64,000 nucleotides of DNA from Chrysemys picta bellii (taxonomy: Eukaryota). Below are positions 24,691-36,990 of the stretch, one piece after another. Made by a program: the position numbers and the translations under genes. Below the pieces are notes generated by a model. That model was not told the DNA's origin. It worked only from the letters and a program-made list of their open reading frames with translations, and did not search any database. The DNA lies in the NCBI RefSeq assembly GCF_011386835.1, contig NC_088791.1:49290001-49354000 (forward strand), written 5' to 3'. Within the stretch, counting starts at the first letter, position 1. Every line of letters begins with the position of its first letter.

Positions 24691-25192
24691 GGCCTTGTGG
24701 ACACTCCTCTTTCAGGGTATGTCTACACTACCCGCAGGATCGGCGGGTAGTGATCGATCTACTGGGGATCAATGTATCGCCTCTCGTCTAGACGTGATAC
24801 ATCGATCCCCAAACGCGCTCCCCATCGACTCTGGAACTCCACCAGGGCGAGAGGCGGAAGCGGAATCGACGGCCGTCGATCCTGCGCCGCGAGGACGCGA
24901 AGTAAGTCAATCCAAGTCGATCTAAGATGCGTCGACTTCAGCTACGCTATTCTCGTAGCTGAAGTTGCGTATCTTAGATGGATTTCCCCGCCCCAATGTA
25001 GACCAGGCCTCAGTTTGAGAGGCTTATTTAGCTTAACCCTGTTCCCATTCAATTTGAGCCAAACTGAAATAACCTTAGTTTAAACCACAGTAGGTGCCAC
25101 ACAGCCTTTTGCACTGCTTTAGTTAAATTGGTTTAAAAAAAAAAATCACACCTTAAATTAAAGTAATGCTACTTTCTTGTGTGGATGGACCC
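24691..25192. mobile_element. Older Harbinger-like MITE hosting a younger one
   Basis: Degenerate termini ggccttgtggacact ... tgtgtggatggaccc, flanked by aaa/taa. Confidence 0.45.
24715..25009. mobile_element. PIF/Harbinger MITE, CpG-rich (young)
   Basis: gggtatgtctacact ... aatgtagaccaggcc termini, 3-bp TSD TCA, internal palindromes (cttcagctacg...cgtagctgaag). Confidence 0.85.
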
Positions 25193-25649
25193 TAAGTTTT
25201 TGCAGTCTCATGAGTCCATTAATCTTACTCCCACTTAAATAATATTGTGAACCAACTACTCCATGTTTAGTGTAGCTTTTTCGTAATTTGAAAGGGATAT
25301 GTCAGTGAATATATTAAAAATACAATAATTCATCCTTAGTGTAGTCAATGGAGTTACACCAGGGATAAATTTGTCCCACTAGTGTTTAACTTACATTTAA
25401 AATACGTTTTGTGTATTCCATATTACAAAGTTCCAAGTTATTTCTTCAGAAATTTTAAAGTCTAAATCTGCTATGTTGTGCGAAGCTGTACATAGTTATA
25501 TTGGTTCACTCACACTGTGGGTCACCCAAAGACTACAAGCTGTAGCAGGAACTCTCGCATAAAGCAATGACTGTATGCAGAGACTTCCACATGATGTTAA
25601 AATGCAAAACAGTAACAAGACAGTAACATAATAACAAAGTAGTCCAAAG

Positions 25650-28600
25650 TTTTAAAATAAAGTTATTTTATTTCAAAATAGTGTTTTACAATTACACAGA
25701 TCCAGTTAATATAAAATACAAATAGTAACTTACCAATTTGTAAAAAACAGGGCCAGTTTGAAGAACTCTAAACTATAAAACTGAAACACTGTGAATGTCC
25801 ACCAGAAATTTTACAAACTTGACAAGTACTGATTTTTTATTTAAACTACATTTTCACATTGTCTACTTTTAGTTCTGCTTGTTTTTATTACACAAGATGC
25901 TCATAAGATTGCCTACAGAGCGGACATAACATAAGAGAATTTTAAGAATATAAATATAAAAAAGAAGTTCTTTAAACTACTCACTAATATTCTCTGCTGC
26001 AGAGATAAATATTACAAAAGTGCTAATATTTCTATGACAAAGAGTAGCAGAATAGATTTAAATGTTAAACAAATCACACAGTTAAAATTTTCAGAATTAA
26101 ATCTGCAATAATCTGATGATAGTTCCAAGTCATTGGCAGGCTTTATATGTCCTATAACCTGCCAGTATTTCCACTTCCTAATATTTCACAAATCAGGTGG
26201 GCAAAAGAGAAATATTAAAATTAGGTATATATAAATATCCAGATTCTGATTATATATAAATTGGTTTTGGTTTAACAATATTGGAACTATACTCTTTAGA
26301 AAAAAGAATGAAATACGTGCATTTCCCACCTTTTTCTACTTTGAACCCAAAACATTTCCATTTGTTAAGTATCCTACAAGCAGTAACATTTGTGTGTATA
26401 ACAATCTAAACAAGTAGTTTGTATAGAACATAATTGTTTGCCCATCTATAGCAGCCTGTGGTATAGTAATTTATTTTCAAGAGCAATACTAAACAATTCT
26501 TAAAATTCAATATTTACCAAAAGCTTAATAATGCAGATGTTCAGTTTTCCAGAAACCTATAAACCAAAATGTGACTGCTCTGGCACAAGGAGAAGACACA
26601 GGAAGCCCTTTTCCACGATTCACAAGCGCATTCAAAACAAGGGACAGCCATAGCTTATTTGCCTCTGCTTAGCAACACAGGGGCTGGGACAGCTAGCACA
26701 GTCTTCAGTGGTACGTGGTCCCGGAGAATATTTCCCCAACTCCTCTGTGGTGACATCCACCAGCGTTGTGCTGGGGGAAGCACTATCTACACTTTCCCAA
26801 GGTGCAGCAAGTCCCACTGCTCACTGTGATGCCCCCAGTTTCCCCAGAGGCATTATATCTTATAAAGGCAAAATGCCTCCAGGCACTGCCCCTTAGCCAG
26901 CATGCCTCTTCCCCCGTCCCAGTGTAGTTCAGACTCTAAGGAGTTATAAATGAGCCCCATGGGCCTGATTCTGAGCTCTGTGATTTTATCAATTTAACTA
27001 TGTAGTTTTTTTACTACAGTGTCCATTACCATAATATCTGAGCACTTCCTTAATGAAGTTACACCATTGGAAAATGCTGACAGTGGAGAAACACCTGGTT
27101 CACCTTAATGTGAGATCAGAATCTGGATCTATCTATGTAGCAGAAACAGATGGGAATAGCTACTGTAGTAACTGTCAAAAATGGATAAAGATACCTGCTG
27201 AATAAATCTGCATTGAACTGGAATATACCACAATCCTGGAGAGGTCAAGGCAGAAGGAAACGCCTCCCTAGTTCAACAGAATTGTGATGGATACAGCTAT
27301 TTTAAGGTTATCATTTTCAGTGAGAACTCACAGTAGTAAGCACTACTAGTCAGTGTTTGCAGAACCAGGCCCTAGGTAAGAACAATGTGTTGACAGTGAA
27401 TTTCACATTTCCATGCTCTTTCAGTTTGTCACATTTACATACATTGAATTCTTTACAGTGGAAAGAACTGTTTTAGGGTCAATTCACTTTAAGGAAATGT
27501 GATATTACCCATCAAGGACTGTTGTAGTGAGACCTAAATCAACTAGGACCAACAAACTACAAACAGGAAATATGGAGCAAAGTTAAACATGTGAGATCAA
27601 GGCGTACAGGTAGTTTACAGAACAGAACAAATGAGGCAGAGGTATTGAGGGGAGAAACTAGCAGATGCTAAGGTAAATGGGCACCATTATTTCCCAACAT
27701 CTGGAAATTGTGTAATCACTAGCTAAATTGGGCCAGAGTCTGTTCTCAATTATACTGAGAAAATCTAGTTTTATATGGTGTAATTAAGAGAAAAAATTGG
27801 CCCATTGAATCCTATGTGTTTTTAAAAGACATTACTATAGTTCCTTCAGTTTTAAAGAGACACAATCAGCTTAAAAGTAACTATTTGAAAATTCTTTACA
27901 TACTGTTTATAAGTAACACTTAAAAGAACCAATATTTGAGCATAAGATATTTCATAAGTTTACTTTCTGCACTTGATAGTACTTCCTGTCTAGTTGGTTT
28001 CACTATTTCCTCTGACTGTCCATTCCCTCTATTTGTGTGGGTCTTTCCTACAGCAGAGGAAAGGGGGGGGGGGGAAAGGGGGAGAAAATTAAATTAGGAA
28101 ATGTAGTTGTAAATCCATAAAAACTGGTAGGTTTAGAATCTGAAGTTATTTTTGATGATATTCCTTTAAATAACTAGAGTGATTTTGACTATCTAGTCCA
28201 ACTGAGAAATGGTATGTTTCATGTTTACCTAGGCTTTCAAAACCTTGTTCTAAAACTGATCACTTCAAGTAACTAACACTGAAGGAAAATACAGGTTCCA
28301 TATAAAAAGTTTCTTCTGGTTTGGAAGACAGTTCGTGAAATCCTGGCCCTTTTTAAGTCAATGACAAAACTCTCATTGACTTAATATGCCTGGATTTCAC
28401 CTATTACGAGTATTCACCATTATAAGCACAGGGAATCTCTCTCAAACCAATGGAATACTCCAAAAGAGAAGAAACATTTCAATGTGACCACTGCATCAAG
28501 ACCAATTGTAGATTCCCACTGCATATTTTAAATTCACTTTAAAATATAACAGGCCAAGGTTACTTCAAACCATAAAAGGTTGAAATAAAGACATTTTGCT

Positions 28601-29025
28601 TTCAAGAACTCCTGCAAAAGTGTGTTAGGTATGGAAAGCTATTCAAGCATTTAAGCATTAAAGTAGGTGAGGGGGGAAATATTTAGGCTACTTTGCAGTC
28701 TTTTCTCTGGCCAAAACCTTTACTCAAATTGCTATTTTAACCAAGAAAGGCCTATTGTATCAGGCCTTTAAGTTGATTGCAGTCAACTGTCCCATTTGCA
28801 AAGCCAAAAGAGGGTTGGAAAGTAACTAGAATTTCACATACTAAACCATAAAACATTTGTTAGAGTACAGATTTTTTGTTTTCTCTAAAGATTCTTTAAA
28901 CATAGCAAGTTAACAGTGCAAATACTAGGTTGCTGTGTGAGACTCTTACCTTATTTTTCTTCAAAAGTATTTTAAAAAGCTCTCCAGTTTTTAAACAGAG
29001 TAATAAAAAAAGAGAGACAAATATT
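25650..29025 (-). other. MDFIC: MDFIC 3'UTR (inferred, ~3.4 kb, AT-rich)
   Basis: Lies between the TGA stop and the best poly(A) signal; length is comparable to the long mammalian MDFIC 3'UTR as recalled. Confidence 0.6.
25667..25672 (-). terminator. MDFIC: Probable MDFIC poly(A) signal AATAAA
   Basis: tttatt on + followed, on the minus strand, by a GU/U-rich element (actttgttattatgttactgtcttgttactgttttg). Further AATAAA/ATTAAA-like hexamers lie near 25836-25890. Confidence 0.6.
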
Positions 29026-29273
29026 TCATGTTGGGAAACAAATCCCACAGCATTCCATACAGATTTCCAAGCAGTCTGATGATTCGCAACAAGTGTCCAT
29101 TATGCCACAATCCATGTCACATGGGCAGTTACAATCATCCCCCATTTCGTCCCCACAGCAACAACAGCAGGCCTCCGATGTACAGATGCCACAGGAAGCT
29201 TGTCCCAGAACAATATTACAGAGGGTGAGAAACTCACAAAACAAGCAAGCCAGGATACAGTGAACACAGCAAT
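29026..29273 (-). CDS. MDFIC: MDFIC terminal coding exon (I-mfa cysteine-rich domain)
   Basis: Phase-1 AG acceptor at 29274-29275. The 248 nt encode (E)DCCVHCILACLFCEFLTLCNIVLGQASCGICTSEACCCCCGDEMGDDCNCPCDMDCGIMDTCCESSDCLEICMECCGICFPT*, in frame with the 52023-51748 exon. Confidence 0.98.
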
Positions 29274-29399
29274 CTTCGTAAGTACCAGTTTTGTAATGTG
29301 CCGCATTTAAAGAAAAAAAGGGGGAAAAAAAAGGACAAATCAGTATTACATTTTATGTGCAAATATGTCACATAATAATTACTGGCACTGCTTTACAAT

Positions 29400-29770
29400 C
29401 GGCAAAGCTTCCTTTCCCCTGCAACATGAAGTTCAAATTTTGTGTCCTCCTCTTCAGGGTCACAACACAGCCAGCTTAAATCTTGGATCTCATCTTGTAT
29501 GTCCCCCTCCATTAGTCAATTATGCTAGCCTCGATGCCAGACTTCATGTCCTTTCTCTACTCTTGATTTCACATTACCCTCTGCATATCTCTATCATCTC
29601 CTCATTCAAATTTGTCTTCAAACTCACTTCTTCCATGACACCCATAAATTACCAGATTATGAAAGAAATATCAAGTTATCTAAAGTGACTGCTTCCTTTT
29701 GGTCTACCTTTGCATCTGTCTTCTAGAGTGTACACTCACCATATTTTATATCTGTGCCCTATATGGTACC
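29400..29770 (+). mobile_element. Ancient L2-like LINE 3' relic
   Basis: Pyrimidine-rich, with ctcctcattcaaatttgtcttcaaactcacttcttcc resembling L2 3' ends; highly diverged. Confidence 0.4.
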
Positions 29771-30100
29771 AACCACAGAGCTGTTATATGAACATATTAG
29801 TTTCTTGTTGCAGGATCAGTTTGTGCGGCAAAGGTACAATACAATTTCTGTACTGTTTACTTTTATTGTTCATACTATATTAGGAAACTTTTTTACTTGT
29901 AATTTATAGTTGTGTGACTAAAGGACAGGAGAACTGGTGCTGAAGGGAGGAATGGAATTAAGAACCATACCTCAACCCACATTTCAAGTCAAATCAAACC
30001 CAACAATTTTGAGAGTCACCTTCATGAGACATAATTCATAAGAGAAACAAAATCTCAAGAGACAAAGACAAAAACAGAACACTGAGACTTTATGAATTGA

Positions 30101-30234
30101 GAAAAGAACAGGAGTACTTGTGGCACCTTAGAGACTAACAAATTTATTAGAGCATAAACTTTCGTGGACTACAGCCCACTTCTTCGGATGTTCTTTTTGC
30201 GGATACAGACTAACACGGCTGCTACTCTGAAACC
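30101..30234. mobile_element. Penelope-like terminal-repeat insertion with an inverted segment
   Basis: 10-bp TSD TATGAATTGA (30091-30100 / 30235-30244). The core ...gtggcaccttagagactaac...ttcttcggatg is joined to an inverted 5' part (ttctttttgcggatacagactaacacggctgctactctgaaacc). Confidence 0.85.
30152..30190 (-). ncRNA. Minimal hammerhead ribozyme motif (variant)
   Basis: Minus strand: CAU-CCGAAGA-A-GUGGGC(UGUA)GUCCAC-GAA-AGUU-U-AUGC. The stem III palindrome is mutated (AGCU to AGUU). Confidence 0.6.
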
Positions 30235-33200
30235 TATGAATTGACAGTTGGTCACAGCTACCTATAATTTATGCATAAATTATGTGCTTGATTGTTTTGT
30301 TGATATTTATGGAAAAAAGTAGTTATAGCAAAGGAGATGCCACCACAGCATGAGGATTTTGCTTTCTTTGTGATATCAGGCTAATCTCAAAAACAGCCAT
30401 ATCAACATGCCATACATACATCTACATTTTCAACAATGAAGAAAAAAAATCTGTTCTGATCTCACATTTTAAATTATTCCTCTGCACAATTCTCTTATTA
30501 GTCTTAGATTTAATTATTTTTTAAAGCTAACTGGAAATTAGAACTAAACCTGAACTGAAATATCCTGCTGTCATGGGCACTGGTAAGTCACACATGGTAA
30601 ATGAGAAAGTTCACTCGAGTAGTACCCCACAGATTATCAGTTGGAGAGATGGCACCCAAACTATGAATACATGTAATCACCTCAAATAATTGTCATTGAT
30701 ATTTTGTTCTAATTCTATGATAAAGGATGGGGAAACACACAAAGATTGGAAGAATAGCAAAACATTGAGCAATGAGAAGAAAATTATAGTATTGAGGAAT
30801 ACATTTATCAGATTTTCATCAAAATCAATTCAAAGGAAACCCAGTTACATACAGTATGTTCTGAAATGCTCAGCAGAACCCCCTCCCCAGATATAGCTGC
30901 ATATATCATGCACACAAGTTTAATTTTGTGTTCAGCAACAGATCCTATTTGGGGAGGAGCATATTTAATTTGTGAGAGACAGGAATACTTAAAACACAAA
31001 TGAAAATTTTAAAGTTGCAAGACTTTTAAAGCAAAAGGTCACTATAGGGTAACATCTTTAAAGCAGTGGAATAGTTGTTGTAAGAAATGAATGGTTCACT
31101 TGGACATAAAACAAATCTGATCAGAGTGGGTAATCAGTTTTGAAAATTAGACAGATTAAAATCTAAATTAGATTAACAATATTTATAACTCAATGGATAA
31201 AATATAGCCCTAGTGTTTTTTCTATTGGTACACTTGTAAGTTAGTTTGTCCTTTCAAAAACATTTGATGCCAAACTTATAGGCCATGTCACATTTTGAAA
31301 GGCTTTGTGGAAAAACTTGACCAGACTATATCTGTGAAGTCAAAATGTGGTATAATAAATGAGCTTACTAACTTCTTTATAGTAAGCAGCGTCCAAACTG
31401 ATGTACTAAATTTGGAAGAAATCTTAAGTTAGTGTCCGTACTAAAGATCTACACTGTAAGTAAAGGTGTGATTGTAAGCACATCCACGCTATCTTTAATT
31501 TAGCACAACTCAGCAACCTGAGTGCATACCCAGAGTTCCTGGTGGGCTTGTACTGGCACAGCTAACCCATGCCAAAGCGCATATTGCAATCACATCTTCA
31601 TTTGCAGCATAGATATACCCTGAGTGATTGTGATCAAGCAAGACTTATGGGTCTTTACATACATTTAATAGCGGAGAAATTAAAATTATAAACGTGTATT
31701 TTTGAAATTAAAGGCCAATTAGAAATTTTGGTAGGAAACAGCAAAGCTGCAGTTCTCATGTTTAAAAAATAAATGAATTGAGGTGATTTTTATTGAGCCA
31801 GTTGACACAGGAAAGTGTTGACAAGAGGATTATCAGTTGCAGTAGGGAAGAACATTGTCATCTGCGGACATAAATATCTTAGGTTAGGTGCAGTACTTAA
31901 GCCAACAAATGAATTTATATAAATAATGAATAGAGGTGGCCCAGAATAAACCCTCAAGATGCAATAAAGCCAGAGAGCGAGCGAGAAAAAGAAAACAACT
32001 TTCTCAGAAATTCCTTATCATTGTGTGGGAAGGGGAACTGGAAGAAGCAAATGCTGATACGCTTCAACGGTTTTTTTGTTTTTTGTTTTTTTTAAACAGT
32101 GCTTATGTCTGTTAAAGTGGCTTCTTTAGATGAAAAAAAACCCTATACCTATTTATGTGACCTTCATCCAAAACTCAGCAGATATATGAAATGAAGTTGG
32201 GAAATATTAGCTGAGTGAAGATGACTAAAGCCACACTGATGGTGATTAATTAGCTTGTTGTCATGGAGATGATGTTAGATTTGTTCAGGTACAATTTCCT
32301 CTCTGATTTTTGATGTAAAGGAACTAGAGGTAGAAGACAACAGTCACAGGAGTCTAAAGAGTGTCCACATTTGAGGAACTGGAGTTATTTTTACTATTCT
32401 CTACCCTCAAGACAGGCAGATAGACAGAGGTTAATAATGAAAGAAAATTGGTGTGTAGAACACAGAATTTGTTAACAAAGCATCAACAAAATCAAAATCT
32501 AATGATTTTGAGTAGACTGCAGGACATTTCACAACTGTGACACAGAGAGATAAAGGCCAAAATAAAGACACACATACACTAATCTTCATCACTGCCTCCT
32601 TTTCCAGCGATGTTTTAAATCAGAGACAGAAGCAGATGGACACATTCAGGATATAGCACTACTTTGATATACTGGCTTTTAAAGCAAGAGGCAAAACTCA
32701 CCAGAGTCTACTTTTCAATTCTCAGTGTAGTGAAAGACATTCCGTGGAACCTGCAAAGCTTTCCATTATGTAGATATTTACTGAAGCAGACCAATTGCGT
32801 TGGTCTAAATAAAGCTACTTCACTCTTGGCTAATTATCAAAGGCCAAAGCTATCCATGTATGCTCAATTACACAAAGAAATGATGCACTATTAATTTTGG
32901 CTGATGGTTCTATTATGGGTGTCACTATGGATGTTTTTTCTTTCATCTCTTCTTCACAGGAGTGAAGCAGAAACCTATGCACATATTGTTTATTCTGATT
33001 TAAGCTGCCTTGATAGCAAACTCACACATTCTCCACTCAGAAGATATTTTGTTTCCTATGAGGTTTATTTAGCCTACATAGACTTCAGAGAATGAAAAGA
33101 AAAAAGGCGTAACATCTGTGTTACTTATTTTATCCTTTCAGTGAACAGTGACTCATCTGTATGATGAACAAAAATTTTGGGCCATGTTTCAAGGGCAAAG

Positions 33201-36064
33201 TTGAAACATTAATGAAACTTTTTTTCCCCTGTGCTACTGATTTTAAATCTGGACTCTGAACAGCTGTTGGACTAGAAGATTATACAATATGTTGTGATGG
33301 GCAAGTTATCACCACCACATCCACCTAACCTCAGATTTTTGGTGACTCTCAGTAGTTTCTCCAAAATCTCTATACTTTGATTGGTGCCAAAGGTACTACA
33401 GACCTGGAGGTTATGTTGAACAGAACACAATAGTAAGAGCGGGGTTCCAGTTGTATGAATTTAGATGGAATATATCGACCAAAGGTATTAACATAACCAA
33501 GTCACTGTCCAACGTTAAACAACTTTAAACAAGGTTCAGGATTTGGTATACAGAGACCTCAACCTGCTTAGTGCCATGGCAAGCACACTATTAGAAATCC
33601 TTTCAACCTTTTATGAAAGATACAAGGAAAAGCAGTTAAAGCATTTGAAATGTAAAGCATTGAATAAGGTTTTCATTTTAGCAACTTCCTTTGCTCCCTT
33701 TCCCTTCAGCTGGGGAGCATTTTTAGAAGGGAAAATCCTCTTATTTGTCAGTCTCTTAGATGGCATTAAAGATAACTGTCCTTTTGGGGAAAAGAGAAGT
33801 TTGTAGGGATAGTTTGTAGTGAGCTGTTGTTAAAGTTTGATCTGTTTTGTAGAAGACAAAAGAAGACAAACGCTTGCAAAAGGAGAGAGAAAAAAACGTA
33901 AAGATAGAAATGCAGCTTCTGTCTTCGGTGTTGTGCAACCTCACAGTTGGAAAAAAGAGAAGGATCGGAAAGACAAGTGTCACATCCAAAGTGATATCTG
34001 GGATTTAGTCAAAGCCATTGGAGGCAGTGATGTCGCCTGGCTCCCCACTCTCTGGCCCAGTCTGGTCAGGACAATTTTCAGGATCAGGAGGACAAAGGTT
34101 TGGCGCCCCAGAGACAGTGGAGTAGCAGCCATGATGGTGAAGCTCATTCCAATAGCCACATTTTTCCACCAAATCTCTTTCTTTAAGGACCCACAATTTT
34201 GATTCACTGATGTGACTCCCACACTGTTCTTGTTTACCAGGCATGATCTTAACACAGTCCTTCAGTTATATCAGTAGGACTTTTTGTTGGGACTAATTCA
34301 GTCTGTCTCGTTTTTGTACTTTTCCCATCAACGTTTGTTGTTATAGGTTATTGTGACATCTTATGAACTTACATTCACTTCTTACAGCTGAGCTCATAAT
34401 TAGGCTACATTTGTAGGCACAATTATTGCAACATCCCATCTAAGCATGTCATAAAGACAGTATTTCTTAGCTTCTTTAAAATGGAGACTGTCAGAGAAGT
34501 AGAGGAGACATTTCATCTTGTATTTTCTAATGGCAATAAGAAACCTTGGGTTTATGAGCATGTGCAACAGATCAACATGCTGCAGAAACCACACACATGC
34601 CCGGCTGTGGTACTAGCAGACGTATCCTAGTTTTTCATCTCCAAAACTATAAGTATCTCTCTGTCACTTGGCCTAAATGAATTCTCTTTTAGCGGATGGT
34701 AAAGGGTCCCTTATCTTTTTTGTAAGCCAGTCACTTAAAGGCAACAGGACACATACCACTAGTATATTACACAGGATTCAGTCAAAAAGGTAATTTCAAG
34801 TTTTTCAATACCCCTTTGCAGACAGTTATGTTCCTACTCCTTTCATAAGATTCTGAAACACTTTTTCCCAGGCTCCAAAACCAAGTCCTTATAGATTACT
34901 TAACTAGAACATCTTGGATAAGCACAAATATTTGTGATGATAGTGCTTGTATGAAAGATTGTTTCCAATGGAGTTTATTTCCACTTACATTAAAAAACAT
35001 AGCAGGTGCAACAGATGAGTCAGAAGTGGAACACATTAAGCCAACTATCTGGAACATGAGTTTCATTTTACATTCCCAAAGATGAGCAAAGATTATGGAA
35101 AAAGAATAAAGTCAGCAACCTGGAGGTGGAGGGTATCTTTCTGCAACTTTTTAAACACCTATTCTTTTCTGTTGCAGAGACAGTCTTCTTCTTTATACTG
35201 TAATACAAAGTAGGGCTGCTGGACCTAAAACTGTCTCCTGATAATCCACAGAAGCTGAAGGTTTGAACTAAAGCCACTATTCACCTCAGTGACATGCTAA
35301 CTTCAAAAATCTATTTCTTTGTGCAGAAAAACTCTCCCTTCATTCATCAATTTTTAAAAATCGGACGTTTCCTAGTGTAGGCTGGAGAAATTGGGGCCCG
35401 CACTGTCACAATAGCATTATTTAGTTCTTCATCTCCCAGTTTCCCATCCCACATACCAGTGCCACTTCCCCATAAACCAAGATATATTTGCCTTAAAGTT
35501 AATGGTGAAGCACTTTTGGTAAACAGTTTTCCTCTATTTTTGATCAGGGTAGAACTTGCTCTATAACAGACTGTGTCAAAGTGCTGGGCAACAGCAACTA
35601 TACAGCACTTTGATCACTGTATCACCAATTAAATCGCCTATAGTAAGCTGGGCAGGCAAAGATAGATTGGAATGGTCTGGAGAGAGTTAAAGTGCTTAAA
35701 TTATCCCATTAGCCCAGGGAGTAGAAGAAGAAACAGAAAAGAAGTAGAAAGAGGGAGGGAGGGGCAGGCAAGCTTTGAGAGCCAGGTTCCAAGACAGATC
35801 TCAGAGGGAGAGATTTCCCTCTCCTCTCTTCTCCTCGGGCTAAAGGGCTGAGAAATTATATACTATTCTATATAACGTGCTGCACAACATTGTAAAGTTG
35901 CGGGGGAAGAATCATAAATACTACATATGCTGTTTACTAGCGGAGAGTCTCTAAGTGCACAGAGGAAGACAAGAGCGAAGAAAGAGCCCTGTTACATAGA
36001 CCTTTTCTCTTTCTCTCTCCACCCCACAAATCGAAAACAATTTCTAATTTCTCAACATCCTTTT

Positions 36065-36990
36065 TTAAAAGTGTGGACACCAGAACTGGACAAAGTATTT
36101 CAGTAATGATCTCATTAATGTGATATACAGAAGAAACACCACCTCCTTCCTCTTACTCAATAATACCCTGATCATACATCCTAGACTTGCATTTACTCTC
36201 TTTGCCTCTACACTGGACTGGGGGCTCATGTTCTGTTGGTTACGCACTACAACCCTTAAGCCCTTTTCAGAATCACCATTTGCCAAGATACTGTCCCCAT
36301 CCTGTAAGTGTGACCTACATTCATTGTTCCTATATGTATGAACTTGCTTCTGGCTGTATTAAAACTTACATTACTCAAATCAGCCCAGTTCACAACGTGA
36401 TCCAGATTGCTCTATGGAAGTGACCTGTCCTTACCATTATTTACTACTTCATCAATGTTACTGTTTCTTGCAAACTAGCAATGATTTTGTGTTTTCCTCC
36501 ATATCATTGAAAAGAATATTGAAGAACATTGGGCCATCCAGTGGGATGCCACAACAAACACTGCTGCTGGACAACAATTCCTCATTTACAGTTACTTTTT
36601 GAGACATATCAGTTGATATAGCTACATTGATTTTGAATAGTGCTGTTTTCGTAATCAGATTATTGTGTAGTACAAAGTCTTACAGAAGACTAAGAATGAT
36701 GTAGTTCCTTTTATGAACCAAACTTGTAATCTTATCAAAACACAATATCAAGTTCAACCAGACCTATTTTCCTTAAAGCCATGTCAATTGGCATTAATTA
36801 TTATACCATTCTTTAATTCTTTACTAATTGCATCCTGAATCAACCTTTCCATGATTTCGCCTGGGATCAACGTTAGGCTAACCAGCCTGAAGTTACCCAG
36901 ATCATTCCATTGAGCTTTTGTTAACTATTAGCACACTAGTAACCTTTTTTCCCTCAGTCTTCTGGAACATCCCCCTGTATTTTAAGATTT
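36065..36990 (-). mobile_element. Old degenerate CR1 fragment
   Basis: Minus translation KRVNASLGCM...LKYFVQFWCPHF; degenerate RT-region sequence continues to ~36990. Confidence 0.8.

Noticed and set aside
33980-34255. Overlapping short ORFs in a moderately GC-rich intronic block (possible cassette exon)
   Set aside because: No convincing acceptor/donor pair and no recognisable protein.
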